Origin: an uncultured Candidatus Rokubacteria bacterium
Lineage (GTDB): Bacteria > Methylomirabilota > Methylomirabilia > Rokubacteriales > DASRDR01
Direction of reading: 5' to 3'
Assembly (NCBI GenBank): GCA_963708025.1
Contig: CAVPSB010000034.1
Span: 128,001 to 192,000, forward strand
Length of the DNA: 64,000 nucleotides
The notes below the pieces were generated by a model, which was given only the letters and a program-made list of their open reading frames with translations, made no database searches and had not been told where the DNA came from. The position numbers and the translations under genes are program-made. Shown here piece after piece: positions 19,096 to 30,379 of this stretch; the stretch's first letter is position 1; each line of letters opens with the position of its first letter.

Positions 19096-20594
19096 TCAGA
19101 CGTACTCGCGCTCGGCCCGGCGGATGGCCCGGTAGCGCTCGAACGCCTTGCGCTCGTCCTCGAGCCCCAGGAGCGACCGCCAGAAGCTCGAGCCGCGGAA
19201 CGTGTGGGCGAGCATCCGCCCCCCGTTCCGGAGCACGAACCCCGGGCTGTGGAAGAGGACCGAGCCCATGTGACGGACCTTCAGCCAGCGCTCGGCCCGC
19301 CAGCGGAGGAACTCGATCTCCTCGGCCTCGAGGTGCTCGCTGCGGACGACCGCGGTGGTGCCGTCGTACTCCTCCAGCCGCTCGTTGATGATGAGCCCCC
19401 GCTCGCGGAAGTCCTTGGTCATCGGCGTCCGCGGGTAGGGGGTGGGGTGCTGGATGTACGGGTAGTCCACGTACTGCCGCGCGAACGCCAGGTTGGCCTC
19501 GATGGACTCCCGGGTGTCGTCCGGGTTGCCGACGATCAGGCCGCCGACCACCCACAGCCCGTGCCGGTGGAGGTGCTCGATCGCCGTGATCGTGGCGTTG
19601 CCCGCCGTGCGGCCGTTCTCGCGGTGGAGGTTCTTGGCCCGGGCGCGGAGGAACGCCAGGTCCGTCGTCCAGGATGTTCTCGATGCCGAGGAAGACGTAG
19701 CGGAAGCCGGCCCGACGCATGAGGGGCGCCAGCGTGGCGCCGTGGCTCGGCGATGGACGAGGTCATCGCCTGGACCAGGTAGTCGACGTCGTTCAGACCG
19801 GCATCGACGATGGCCTGGCAGAGCGCCTCGAAGCGGCGAACGTTCAGCGTGAGGTTGTCGTCGACCAGGAAGATGGCCCGGGCGCCGTGGGCGCGGGCGT
19901 CCGCGATGTCGGCCAGCACCCGATCGAACGTGTAGGTGTGGAAGTTGCGCCCGCGCATCTCGATGATCGAGCAGAAGCTGCAGTCGAACGTGCAGCCGCG
20001 CGAGGTCTCGACGACGTCGACCTGCCGGCCGAGGAGCGTGTAGCCGTGGAGCACGCGGGCGCTCCGGTTCGGCGGCCGGATGTCGCCGTCCTCGAGCCCG
20101 TTGACCGGGCGATCCGGATTGTGGAGGAAGCCGTCACCCTGGCGGTGGGAGAGGCCCGGGATCGTCTCGTAGCCGCCACCGGCCTCCAGGGCGCGCACGA
20201 GCGCCCGGAAGGTCAGCTCGCCCTCGCCCCGGACGATGAAGTCCACGCCGGCGTCCGGGTCCGTGTAGGCCTCGGGGGCCAGGCTCGGATCGTAGCCCCC
20301 GACCACCACCCGCACCCCGGGCCGGAGGCCGCGCACGAGCCGGATCAGCCGCAGCGCCGTCCGCCGCTGGAACGTCATCACCGACAGCCCGACGACGTCG
20401 GGCGCCTGCTCGCGGACCAGCCGCTCGACGGTCTCCCGCACCCGGGACTGGACGAGGACCAGGTCGGCGACCGCCACCCGGTGGTGCGGGTCGAGGTTGC
20501 CGGCCACCGAGCTGAGCGCACCGTTCGGCATGCGGATGCCGACGGTCGGCATGTGCTCGAACGAGTCCGGCATCGAGAATAGGAGGACGTTCAT
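19096..20594 (-). CDS. B12-binding radical SAM protein, frameshifts at ~19745 and ~19665
   Basis: VVGLSVMT and VVVGGY cobalamin domain; SRGCTFDCSFC; GFRYVFLGIE in an alternate frame. Confidence 0.88.
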
Positions 20595-20610
20595 CGGGAT
20601 CCTCCCGGGG

Positions 20611-21480
20611 CTACTTCAGCCGGAAGAGTCGCTCCGCGTTCGCGTGGGCGATCCGGTCGGCGACGTCCGGGGGCAGCTCGCCGAGGACGCGCCGGGTCCA
20701 GCGCATCAGGCGGTCGAGCATCTCCGGCTTGAAGAGCTGGGGCGCCCACACGTCAATGCCCATCAGGAGGCGGTCGGCATGCTCGGTCAGGAGGGCCTTC
20801 CACTCCGGCTTGAGCGGCCCGGTCTCGGTCGCCAGCGCCGGGGTGCGGAGGAAGTGCATCCCGGAGAGGTCGACCCGGAGGTTCGGGTGCCGAGCCAGCA
20901 GGCCAGCCACCGCCGGCGGCTCGCCGCTGCCGGCGTGGGCCAGCACGATCGTCGCCTGGGGGTTGTGAGCGAGGGCGCGCTCCAGTTCGGCCGCCGTCTC
21001 CGGGATCAGCTCGTCGTGGATCACCAGGGGGGCGCCGTGGCGGGTGCAGACGTCGAGCACGGCGAGGACCGGGGCCGCGTCGGCGGCCCGGCGGATCTTG
21101 CGCGAGGCCTGGTGGATGTGCACCTCGCCCGCGCCCTTGAAGCGCCCGGTCGCCAGGAGCGCGTCGAGCCGCTTGGCGGCGTCCGCCGCGGTCGGGTCGG
21201 GGACGGGGGCGACCGCGATGACGCGGTCCGGGAATCGGCGGGCGGCGGTCTCGATCCAGGCCTGGTCGTCCTTCTGCACGCCGCCCACTCCCATCAGCCC
21301 GACGCGCGCGATCTTGTGGCGGTCCATCGCGGCGACGAGCGGGTCGAGGGCCTGGAGGCTCGGCAGGTGGGAGTGGGCGTCGATGAGCGGCCCCGCGTAC
21401 GGCTCGGCGGCCGCCGCCGGCCGGCGCCCGAAGAGCCCCAGCGTCAGCGCGAGAGCGGCGAGGGCGAGCCGACGCTCCAC
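20611..21480 (-). CDS. Secreted amidohydrolase-family protein
   Basis: IDAHSH, GAGEV, VLAHAG, LMGID. Confidence 0.85.
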   Translation of the reverse strand: MERRLALAALALTLGLFGRRPAAAAEPYAGPLIDAHSHLPSLQALDPLVAAMDRHKIARVGLMGVGGVQKDDQAWIETAARRFPDRVIAVAPVPDPTAADAAKRLDALLATGRFKGAGEVHIHQASRKIRRAADAAPVLAVLDVCTRHGAPLVIHDELIPETAAELERALAHNPQATIVLAHAGSGEPPAVAGLLARHPNLRVDLSGMHFLRTPALATETGPLKPEWKALLTEHADRLLMGIDVWAPQLFKPEMLDRLMRWTRRVLGELPPDVADRIAHANAERLFRLK

Positions 21481-21541
21481 GAGCCGAGCCTAGCCGACGG
21501 CCGGCGGGCTGTCAAACGGCGCGCCGGGCGGGGCCGAGGCT

Positions 21542-21570
21542 TTGGGATTCGGTGAGGCGGCATCTATACT
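21542..21570 (+). promoter_or_regulatory. Possible sigma70 promoter
   Basis: TTGGGA-N17-TATACT, 19 nt before ATG 21590. Confidence 0.45.
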
Positions 21571-21589
21571 GCCAGTAGGGGATTTGCGC

Positions 21590-22759
21590 ATGGACTTTGC
21601 CCTCACCGAGCCCCAGGAGCTGATCCGGAAAGAGGTCGGCGCGCTCGCCCGCGGCTTCGGGTGGGAGTACTGGCGCGAGAAGGACCGGAAGGCCGAGTAC
21701 CCCACGGAGTTCGTGCAGGCCTTCGCCCGGGCCGGCTGGCTCGGCCTCGCGATTCCCGAGGCCTACGGGGGCGCCGGCCTCGGCGTCGTCGAGGCCGTGC
21801 TCATGCTGGAGGCGATCTGCGCGTCGGGGGCGGGGCTCTCCGGCGCCTCGCCGATCCACTTCGCGGTCTTCCCGCCGATGCCGATCATCAAGCACGGGAG
21901 CGAGGACCTCCGCCGGCGGATCCTGCCCGGGATCGCGGACGGGAGCCTGAGCCTGGCGTTCGGTGTCACCGAGCCGGATGCCGGGACCGACACCAGCCGG
22001 ATCCAGACGACGGCCCGGCGCGACGGCGCCGGCTGGGTCGTCACCGGGCGCAAGGTCTGGACCTCGAACGCGCGCCACTCGGCGAAGTTCCTGCTGCTGG
22101 CCCGCACCACGCCGTACGACGAGGTCGGATCCCGCAAGCTCGAGGGCCTGACCCTGTTCGTCGCCGACCTCGACCCGGCCGCCGTGACGCTCCGGGAGAT
22201 CGACAAGCTGGGCCGCGCCGCCGTGGACTCGAACGAGGTCGTCATCGACGGCCTGCGGGTGACCGACGCGGACGTGGTGGGCGAGGTGGGTCGCGGCTTC
22301 TACCACCTGCTCGACTCCCTCAACCCGGAGCGGATCCTGGTGGCCGCCGAGGCCGTCGGGATCGGCCGCGCCGCGCTGGAGCGCGCCGCGGAGTACGCGC
22401 GGGAGCGGATCGTGTTCGGGCGGCCGATCGGGCAGAACCAGGCGATCGCCCACCCGCTGGCGGCGGCCTGGGCGCGCCTCGAGGCCGGCTGGGCCCTGAC
22501 CCTGCGGGCGGCGTGGCTCTTCGATCGCGGGCTCCCGTGCGGCGCCGAGGCGAACGCGGCCAAGCTCGTCACCGCCGAGGCCGGCTTCGAGGCGTGCGAC
22601 GCCGCGCTCCAGACCTTCGGCGGCTTCGGGTACGCCAAGGAGTTCCACATCGAGCGGCTCTGGCGGGAGGTCCGGCTCTACAAGATCGCGCCAGTCCCCC
22701 AGCAGATGGCGCTGAACTACCTGGCCGAGCGGGTCCTGGGCCTCCCGAAGTCCTACTGA
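21590..22759 (+). CDS. Acyl-CoA dehydrogenase
   Basis: FGVTEPDAGTD, GRKVWTS, RIVFGRPIGQNQ, FGGFGY. Confidence 0.93.
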   Translation: MDFALTEPQELIRKEVGALARGFGWEYWREKDRKAEYPTEFVQAFARAGWLGLAIPEAYGGAGLGVVEAVLMLEAICASGAGLSGASPIHFAVFPPMPIIKHGSEDLRRRILPGIADGSLSLAFGVTEPDAGTDTSRIQTTARRDGAGWVVTGRKVWTSNARHSAKFLLLARTTPYDEVGSRKLEGLTLFVADLDPAAVTLREIDKLGRAAVDSNEVVIDGLRVTDADVVGEVGRGFYHLLDSLNPERILVAAEAVGIGRAALERAAEYARERIVFGRPIGQNQAIAHPLAAAWARLEAGWALTLRAAWLFDRGLPCGAEANAAKLVTAEAGFEACDAALQTFGGFGYAKEFHIERLWREVRLYKIAPVPQQMALNYLAERVLGLPKSY

Positions 22760-22782
22760 GCGGAGCCCGTCTAAGCCGGTAC

Positions 22783-25351
22783 ATGCCGCCTCACTCGCTG
22801 GATCCGCAGCCACCGTGTCCTCGCCGCCTTCGCGGCCGGCGTGCTGCTGACCCTCGTGGCGCTGGCGGCGGCCGGCTACTACGTCCTGTCCGACCAGCGA
22901 CGGTCGGCTCGCGTGCTTGCCGGCGCCCTCTCCCAGGCGCTGGCCCGCGAGGTGCGCATCGACCGGGTGACGGATCTCGGGACGGACCGGGTCGTCATGC
23001 GGGGAGTGGAGCTGCCGCGCACGGGCGGCTGGCCGGCCACGATCGTGGCCGAGCGGGTCGAGGCGACCGGCCCCCTGCTGGCGGCGGCGCGCGGAGACGC
23101 GGCGCCCGTCCGGCTGGCCGTGACCCGTCCGACGGTCGACCTCGGGGTCGGGGGCGGTGGCGGCCTGGCGGGGCTCGAGGGGCTGCCGGAGACCCTCAAG
23201 GGCTTCCTGTCGAGCTCGCTGCTGCTCGATCGTCCGCCTGACCGGGGGAACGGCCCGGCACGCCGGCGGCGCCGCCGGGTTCGACCTCACCCTGCTCAAG
23301 GGGCCGGGCGAGGTGCGCGGCGAGCTGACGCTACACGAGGCCAACGCTCCGCCGCTCACGCTGCGGCTGGAGGCCCACCTCGCCGGCGACACTCCGCAGC
23401 TCGCGCTCACCGGCACGGGCGGCCTCGCGCCGGTCGCCGCGCTGGCTGCCCGCCGGGGCGGCGGCGAGCGGTCCGCGATCGGACGCTCGAGCTGCAGCTC
23501 GACGTGGATCTCGGCGCGAAGGACCGACTCACCGCCCGGGGTCGGGCCCGCGTCGGCGACGCGCTCGCGGCCGAGGGCTCGGCCACGCTCGTCCGGGGGA
23601 CTCTCGAGGTCGCGCTGCCGCAGGCCACCGTGGACCTCGGCTTCGCCGCGGCGGCCACCGGTCTCGGCGGTGGCGCGACCGGGCGGGCCGAGCTGAGCGA
23701 GGTGACCGCGACCTGGCGGCCCGAGGCGGGCATCCGGCCCACGCTGCGGGCGCGGCTCCGGCTGCCCGAGCTGGCCGTGCCGGCGACGACCGCCGGCATC
23801 GACGTCGCCGCCGCCGAGCTCGACGGCCGCGTCCTGGTCGAGCCGGTCGGCGCGGGGCTCGCCCTCTCGGGGGAGGCGCGCGTGGCGCGACTCCGCGCGG
23901 CGGGCTTCGAGGTGGCCCCGGTCGAGACGCGGTACCGGGTGGCGCTGGATGACCGGGGGAGCGTGACCCGCGCCGAGCTGGACGGGCTCCAGGGGCGCCT
24001 CCAGGGTGCGGCCCTGGCAGGCCAGGTCGTCTACGACGCCGTCGCCCGGCGGCTCGAGGCGCGGCTCGACGGCGATCAGGTGGAAGCGGGCGAGATCGCG
24101 CGGCGACTGGCCCCCGGGTGGCTCGGACCCGCCGACCGGCTGCGGCTCACCGGCCTGCGGCTGACCGCGACCGGGCTCGAGCCCCGGGAGCTCCAGGAGG
24201 GGACCGTACGGCTCGAGGCCCGCGGTTTCCGCCTCGATCGGCCGGACGGCCAGCTCACCGGGGGCGCGCTGGGCGCCCGCGCCGAGCTGGTCCGGGACGG
24301 CGTGAGCCTCGCGATCGACGCCGAGCGCGTCGTCTCCACGCTGCCGGCCCTCGTCGCCGACGTTCCGCGCCTGGCTGTCTCGGGGCAGCTGACGCGACGC
24401 GGCGATGCCCGGCTCGGCCCCGAGCGCGGCGCGCTCACCGCCCGCGACCGCGAGGGTCGCGAGTTGATCGTGGCCAGCCTGGCGCCGGCCGCCGTCGCCG
24501 GCCGGCTCCGGCTGACGGCGCGGGCGCCTGCGCTGGAGCGCCTCGACGGGTTCTGGCCGGCGATTCCCCGGCGCCTGACGGGATCGGCGCGGCTCGAGGT
24601 CGACCTCGCCGGCCCCGACTTCCAGACCGGGGAGGGCGGCCTCGCGCTGGCGGTTCCCGAGGGGGAGCTGTGGAACGGCCAGGTGTCGATCCGGGACCTG
24701 ACGGCTGACGTGCCGCTGCGGCGCGGTGAGAGCGGGGGGGAGCCGCCGTGGGGACAGCTCGCGTTCGGCGAGCTGATCGCCTACGGCGTGGTGGTCCGGG
24801 ACCTCACGACCCCCGCCCGCCTCTGGCACGATCGGCTGAGCTTGAACGATCTCACGTACGCTCTGTACTCTGGGACCGGCAAGGGCTGGGGGGAGGTCGA
24901 GCTGCAGCCGGCCGGCGTGTCGCTGAAGGGCCAGCTCACCGGTGACCGGGTCCGGATCGAGGAGTTCATGACGGCCTACGGGGTCCGGGGCGGCACGATG
25001 ACGGGACTCTTGAAGTACCAGCTCGACTACCAGTACCGGGCCGGGCGCCTGGCGCTGAACGGCCGCTTCGAGGTGCCCGAGGGCGGCGTGGTGAGCATCG
25101 AGCTGCTGAACCGGATCCTCGGCTACGCGGAATCCGACCCCAGCGGCGTGACCCGGAGCGCGCTGGAGAACCTCCGCCAGTTCGACTACAAGCGCGCCGA
25201 GGCGCAGGTCCGGTCCACGGGCGACGACATCCTGCTCAGCCTGTCCCTGCAGGGTCGGGAGCGGTTCCTGATCTTTCCCGCGAAGGTCCAGGAGATCAAC
25301 GTCCGGAGCATGCCGCTGTCGTTCCTGGCGCGGCAGTTTCCGGGAAGCTGA
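22783..25351 (+). CDS. AsmA-like / YdbH-type intermembrane bridge protein (frameshifts at ~22786 and ~23230-23450)
   Basis: N-terminal TM anchor, beta-rich body, C-terminal ALENLRQFDYK..LSLQG; followed by a YnbE/YdbL-like gene. Confidence 0.65.
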
Positions 25352-25369
25352 CAACGAGGAGGACGACTC

Positions 25370-25979
25370 ATGCCGGGAATTCGCTCATTGCCGTGGCTCG
25401 CGTTGCTCGGTCTGGCTTGCATCGTCGGGGCTTGCGTGCCGGTGACGGTGAACATCAGCTTCCCACAGGACAGGCTCGACGACGCGGCCCGGCAGATCGA
25501 GAATCAGGTCCGAAGCCCGGAGAACCCGAAGCCGGCCCCCGACCCGACGAAGCCGCAGAGCTCGCTGAGCGATCTCCTGCTGGCGATGCTCGGGCCGCGG
25601 GAGGCGGAGGCGCAGGGCCGGACCATCGTCGTCGCCCAGGAGCCGCGGACCGACAGCCCTGAAATCCAGCGGGCAAACACCGCGCGGAGCGCGCGCGTCG
25701 GCCAGCATCGACCAGTGGAAGGCCCGGGGCTGCATCGGCGAGACGAACCAGGGCTTGCTCGAGACGCGACCGGGCGCAGGGCTGCGGCGGCGAGGCGGCC
25801 TCGCTGGTCGGCGCCGAGAACGCGGATCGCCAGCTCATCTGGATGCGTTCATGCGACAGAACCGCATGCCGGCGAGCGACACCCCCCGGGTGCGCGAGGC
25901 GTTCGCGAAGGCCAACCGCGAGAAGGCAAGGCCGGGGGAGTGGGTGCAGCAGCCCAACGGCCAGTGGGCCCGCAAGTGA
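25370..25979 (+). CDS. YnbE-like lipoprotein fused to YdbL (DUF1318), frameshifts at ~25705-25845
   Basis: Lipobox VGAC-VPVTVNISFP; GCIGETNQGLL, ENADR, PGEWVQQPNGQW. Confidence 0.7.
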
Positions 25980-26139
25980 CGCCATGCCGATAACCGTCGC
26001 CATCTTCATCTCGGCCGTGACCCGCTCGGCCTGCGGCCTCGCGTCCGTCCCGGCCTATGGTCGTCCTCGGTCGTCAACCCCCTGCGTCCTGGCGCTGCTC
26101 GGCTCTCGGCCCGGCTAGTTGGCGCAGGGGCGGCGACTG

Positions 26140-26834
26140 ATGAAAATCCGGGCGGTCTTTCTGGATGCCGGGAACACGATTGTCAGCCTGGATTACGAGG
26201 TCATTGCCGAGCGGATCCGGGCGGATGGGCACCGGGTCGCCGCCGACCAGGTGCGCCGGGCCGAGCAGCGGGCGCGGGTGCGGCTGGATCCCCACCTGGG
26301 CGGCCACTCGACGGAGACGCCTCGACACCTTCCGGCTCTACCTCCGCTACACGCTGGAGGGGCTCGGCATCCCCTGGGACGCGGCGGCCGATCGGATCGC
26401 CGGCGATCTGAGGTCCGCCAAGCCGCCCTACGGCCTCTGGTCCACGCTGGTCCCCGAGGCCCCGGCCGTGCTCGCCGGAGCTCCGCCGCCGGGGGCTGCG
26501 CCTGGCGGTGGTCTCGAACTCGAACGGCACCGTGGCCGACATCCTCCGGCTGGTCGGCCTGGCCGGATACCTCGACGCGGTCATGGACTCGGGAGTGATC
26601 GGGGCCGAGAAGCCTCAGCCGAAGATCTTCATCGCCGCCGCGGCGGCCGTCGGCGTGCGGCCGGAGGAGGCCGTCCACATCGGCGATCTCTACTCGGTCA
26701 ACGTCGCGGGGGCCCGGGCCGCGGGGTGCGGGGCGATCCTGCTGGATCCGGCCGGCGCGTGGGGCGCCGTGGACTGCCCGACGGCGCCCGACCTGCCGGC
26801 CGCCGCCCGCCTCATCGAGTCCATCCGCTGGTGA
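26140..26834 (+). CDS. HAD-superfamily hydrolase, frameshifts at ~26320 and ~26478
   Basis: FLDAGNT, VVSNSNG, EKPQPKIF, HIGD. Confidence 0.85.
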
Positions 26835-26878
26835 AGATCCCAAGACACTGGACGCCGAGGGGTTGGGAGGGTGCGGCG

Positions 26879-28006
26879 ATGAGAAGGACGCTAGGGGGGG
26901 TCGCGTTGTCTCTCCTGGTCGGGTCTGTCGTGTCACCCGCCAAGGCATCAGTGCCGATCCCGGAATCCTACGGCCTCTACGCGATCGAACGCGACCAGCT
27001 CAGCGATGGAACGAAAGTCCCGGAGGCCGGATTCAGCCCTTCGGTCCAGTTTCTCTTCTTCAGCAAGACCGTGAGCATGGAAGGTCGGGATATTTTCCTT
27101 CAGCGAGCGGCATACGTGAGATACCACGTCGACGTCGGCGCCTGGGTCGTTCCGGATACCGGGCCGGTTCCCGTGAAGGAGGTGAGACCGGTAAAGGAGT
27201 GGAGTCAGCCGGCGGGGTCCGGGTTCCGGAGGCCGGCCTTTCTCGGCAAGGTGGAGCTCAGGGTGGAGCCGGTTCCCGGACAGGGCGAGATGATTCTCAT
27301 CGTACCGGCGGAGCCTCTGAAGCCCGGCGTGTACGTGCTGCAGGTCCAGCCTGGTACATGGTGGCGATTTGCCGTTGAGCGCTCGAAGCTTGTCGAGATG
27401 GAGCCGTGCCTGGACTTCTATCTCCCGATGTCTCTTGCGGGCGCCCAGTACGAGCCCTGCGCGCGATACGATGCTCTCGAGAGCTCGAGCGGGCCGGGAC
27501 GGCAAGCCAAGGCGCCGACACCGGATCCCAAGGCGCCGACATCCCCGGATCCCGCGCGCCCGTCGCCGGGTGCCGGCAAGCCAGCACCCGGCCCCGGTCA
27601 GACGACACTCGAGACGCTGACGCGGGACCTCGTGGACGCGAAGTCGTTTGCGGCAAAGGACAAGGTGTTCCCCGTCGCGTTCGATGCGGTGTGGACGACG
27701 GCGCTTCAGGTGTTCTCGGAGAAGGGCGATCCTCTCGAGGGCTTCGGCTCTGACAGGATTGCGACCGCCGATCGTGAACGGGGCGTTCTCATCACGCGAC
27801 CGTCGTTGCACTCGCGAATCCCGGGGACGTCGTTACAGCGCCAGTACGTGATTCTCATCGAGCGATTTGGTGACACATCCACTCGAGTGGGTGTCAAGGG
27901 CCTGTGTTACGACGTCCGCGGCTCGCGAACAATCACGCGATGGCCACCCGAGCGGTGCACCGATGTGTTCCTGGAGGAGCTCGCCAGGCGGCTGCCCGCC
28001 AACTAG
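26879..28006 (+). CDS. Secreted hypothetical protein: two domains joined by a Pro-rich linker
   Basis: GGAGGG SD, signal peptide MRRTLGGVALSLL; C-terminal FDAVWTTALQVF..IATADRERGVLIT resembles a helix-grip (BamC-like) domain. Confidence 0.7.
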   Translation: MRRTLGGVALSLLVGSVVSPAKASVPIPESYGLYAIERDQLSDGTKVPEAGFSPSVQFLFFSKTVSMEGRDIFLQRAAYVRYHVDVGAWVVPDTGPVPVKEVRPVKEWSQPAGSGFRRPAFLGKVELRVEPVPGQGEMILIVPAEPLKPGVYVLQVQPGTWWRFAVERSKLVEMEPCLDFYLPMSLAGAQYEPCARYDALESSSGPGRQAKAPTPDPKAPTSPDPARPSPGAGKPAPGPGQTTLETLTRDLVDAKSFAAKDKVFPVAFDAVWTTALQVFSEKGDPLEGFGSDRIATADRERGVLITRPSLHSRIPGTSLQRQYVILIERFGDTSTRVGVKGLCYDVRGSRTITRWPPERCTDVFLEELARRLPAN

Positions 28007-28072
28007 CCCCGATCGGCGATTCGTCGAATGACCGCGACCACGCGGGCCCCAGGTCCGGCGCCGCGCCTAGGG

Positions 28073-29125
28073 TTAGCGGGCGACGACGCGGTTCCGGCCG
28101 AGCCGCTTGGCCTCGGTGACCGCCTGCTCGGCGGCGCTCAGCAATTCCTCGGCCGACCCCGCATCACCCGGGATGGACGCGACCCCCAGGCTCGCGGTCA
28201 GCGGACCGTGGCGGAAGGCGTGGGACGCGATCGCGCACCGGATCCGCTCGGCGTAGGTGACCCCGCCCGCCTTCGGCGTGCTCGCCAGCACGATCCCGAA
28301 GTTGTCGCCGCCGTACCGGCTCACGACCGTAAAGCTCCGGGAGTGGCGCAGCAGCAGTCGGGCGACCTGGCGAAGCACCTCGTGGCCGGCGGCCGGCCCG
28401 AGCCGGTCGTAGACCGACTTGAAGTCGTCCAGGTCCAGGGCCACGACCGAGATCGGCTCGCCCGTCCGCACGTGACGCTGGCACTCCTCGCCGAGCCGCA
28501 CCCCGAGGTAGCGCCGGTTATAGGCCTCGGTGACGTCGTCCTTCAGCGCCAGGGCGTCGAGCCGCGCGTTGCGGATCGCCACCGCTGCCTGGGAGGCGAG
28601 CGTGCGCACCAGGGTCTCGTACTGAGGGTCGAACGCGATCACCTGGCCGTCCCGGTTGAGTGCGTTGATGAGCTGGATCACGCCCAGGATCCTCCCGGAC
28701 GGGTCCGGCAAGGGCACGACGAGGACCGACTGGGTCCGGTACTCGCACCGATTATCCACCCGCTTGTCGAAGGCGTAGGGTCGGTCGGCCGGGATCATGT
28801 GCGTGTCGTGGAGATTGAGGATGTCGCCCGTCAAGGCGACGTGGCCGGCGAGGCTGGGCTCGGTCAGCGTCAGGGGCTCGGCCTGCAGCATCTGCTTCAT
28901 CGCGTCCCCGCCGAGTCGGCGGGCCAGTCGGTCGTTCTGGACGACCGCGAAGTGGAGCAGGTCGCCCTCGAGAAGGTACAGGGTTCCCGCCTCGGCCGAG
29001 GTGAACCAGCGGGCTTCCGTGAGCACGCGGTCGAGGAGGGTGGGAAGATCGGTCTCCTGGGTCAGGGCGAGACCGATCCGCACCAGATCCTGATAGGCCC
29101 TGCTCAGGTCCTGTACAGGAGGCAT
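28073..29125 (-). CDS. GAF + degenerate GGDEF-domain protein
   Basis: GAF motif YRTQSVLVVPL..LGVIQLIN; GGDEF-domain motifs DLDDFKSVYD and RYGGDNF. Confidence 0.85.
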   Translation of the reverse strand: MPPVQDLSRAYQDLVRIGLALTQETDLPTLLDRVLTEARWFTSAEAGTLYLLEGDLLHFAVVQNDRLARRLGGDAMKQMLQAEPLTLTEPSLAGHVALTGDILNLHDTHMIPADRPYAFDKRVDNRCEYRTQSVLVVPLPDPSGRILGVIQLINALNRDGQVIAFDPQYETLVRTLASQAAVAIRNARLDALALKDDVTEAYNRRYLGVRLGEECQRHVRTGEPISVVALDLDDFKSVYDRLGPAAGHEVLRQVARLLLRHSRSFTVVSRYGGDNFGIVLASTPKAGGVTYAERIRCAIASHAFRHGPLTASLGVASIPGDAGSAEELLSAAEQAVTEAKRLGRNRVVAR

Positions 29126-29274
29126 AGGGGTGCCCGACCGTGATGCGATCGCCGTGCCAATATTCGTCATTGGGACGATTTTGATTTGATGACACGTAGA
29201 TCGAGTGAATGCGGCGAAGTGGGCCTGAGAAAGAACTGGCCCATTCTAGAGCGTCCTGATCAGGTTCTGATCAC

Positions 29275-30045
29275 CTACCGAGGTGGGGCCATGACTCCAT
29301 TGAGCGCGAGCCGGCCCCCGTCGGCGTAGATGGTGGTGCCGGTGACGTAGGAGGCGTCCTCCGAAGCCAGGAACACGGCCACCCGGGCGATCTCTTCCGG
29401 CTCGGCGATGCGGCCGAGCGGCGTCCGCATGAGGAAGCGGTCGATCATCCCCGGCATGCTGAAGAAGTTGGCGTTGATCGGCGTGTTCACGGTGCCCGGG
29501 CCGATGGCGTTGACGCGGATGCCGTGGGGCGCCAGCGCCACTGCCATCCCCTTCGTCAGCATTGCGATGCCGCCCTTGGTCGCCGCGTAGTGGACGAGCA
29601 CCGGGTGGGTGGCGACCGCGTTGATCGAGCTGATGTTGACGATCGCCCCCCGCCGGCCCGTCTCCACCATGTGTCGCGCCGCGGTCTGGCCGCACAGGAA
29701 GGTGCCCTTCAGGTTCACGCGAACCACCCGGTCGAACTCCTCCTCGGTGAGGTCCAGAAACGGGATCTCCGCCTGGACGGCCGCATTCGCCACCATGATG
29801 TCCAGCCCGCCAAACTTCCGGATGGTCTCGCCGGCCAGCGCCCGCACCTGCCCGGCGTCGCCCACGTCGGTCGGGACGGCATGGGCCCCGGCACCGAGGG
29901 CGGCCGCCTCTCGGCGGACCTCGTCGGCCAGCCAGTCAGCCAGGACGACCCGTGCGCCCTCGTTGACGAACGCTTGCGCGATGGCGAGCCCGATGCCGCG
30001 GGCGGCCCCCGTCACGACTGCCACCTTGCCCTGGAGCCGCATCAC
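29275..30045 (-). CDS. Short-chain dehydrogenase/reductase
   Basis: TGAARGIG, YAATK, NAIGPG. Confidence 0.93.
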   Translation of the reverse strand: MMRLQGKVAVVTGAARGIGLAIAQAFVNEGARVVLADWLADEVRREAAALGAGAHAVPTDVGDAGQVRALAGETIRKFGGLDIMVANAAVQAEIPFLDLTEEEFDRVVRVNLKGTFLCGQTAARHMVETGRRGAIVNISSINAVATHPVLVHYAATKGGIAMLTKGMAVALAPHGIRVNAIGPGTVNTPINANFFSMPGMIDRFLMRTPLGRIAEPEEIARVAVFLASEDASYVTGTTIYADGGRLALNGVMAPPR

Positions 30046-30379
30046 CGACCCTCCCTGGTCTCACGACTGACCACGCCGACCGTGCACTGCTCAGCCCGTC
30101 AAAGGCGAAGCCGATTCTGGGCGATGCCCGGGGAAAAGACAAGTCGCCGGCGTCACGACAGTGACGGGACCGTATGCCTGGGCATCCTGTCGGGGAAGAC
30201 ACCAGGGCCGGGATGGTCGCCGGCGGATCGGAGCGACCCGAGGCTAACTGACGGCGAAGAAATGCGGGATCGTCGGTTTGCGAACACGCGCAGACGCGAT
30301 TGGCATCGTCGTCGCACTGAGGACGGCAGCGCTGGAGACATGTTCCGGCAACGGCCCTGGAACCAAAAGGAGGTCGGCG

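Noticed and set aside
21512-25354. Very long antisense or alternate-frame ORFs (also 42-1463, 9181-11253, 35128-37800, 50559-53222, 59572-61674)
   Set aside because: They are shadows of real genes in high-GC DNA and have no recognisable motifs.
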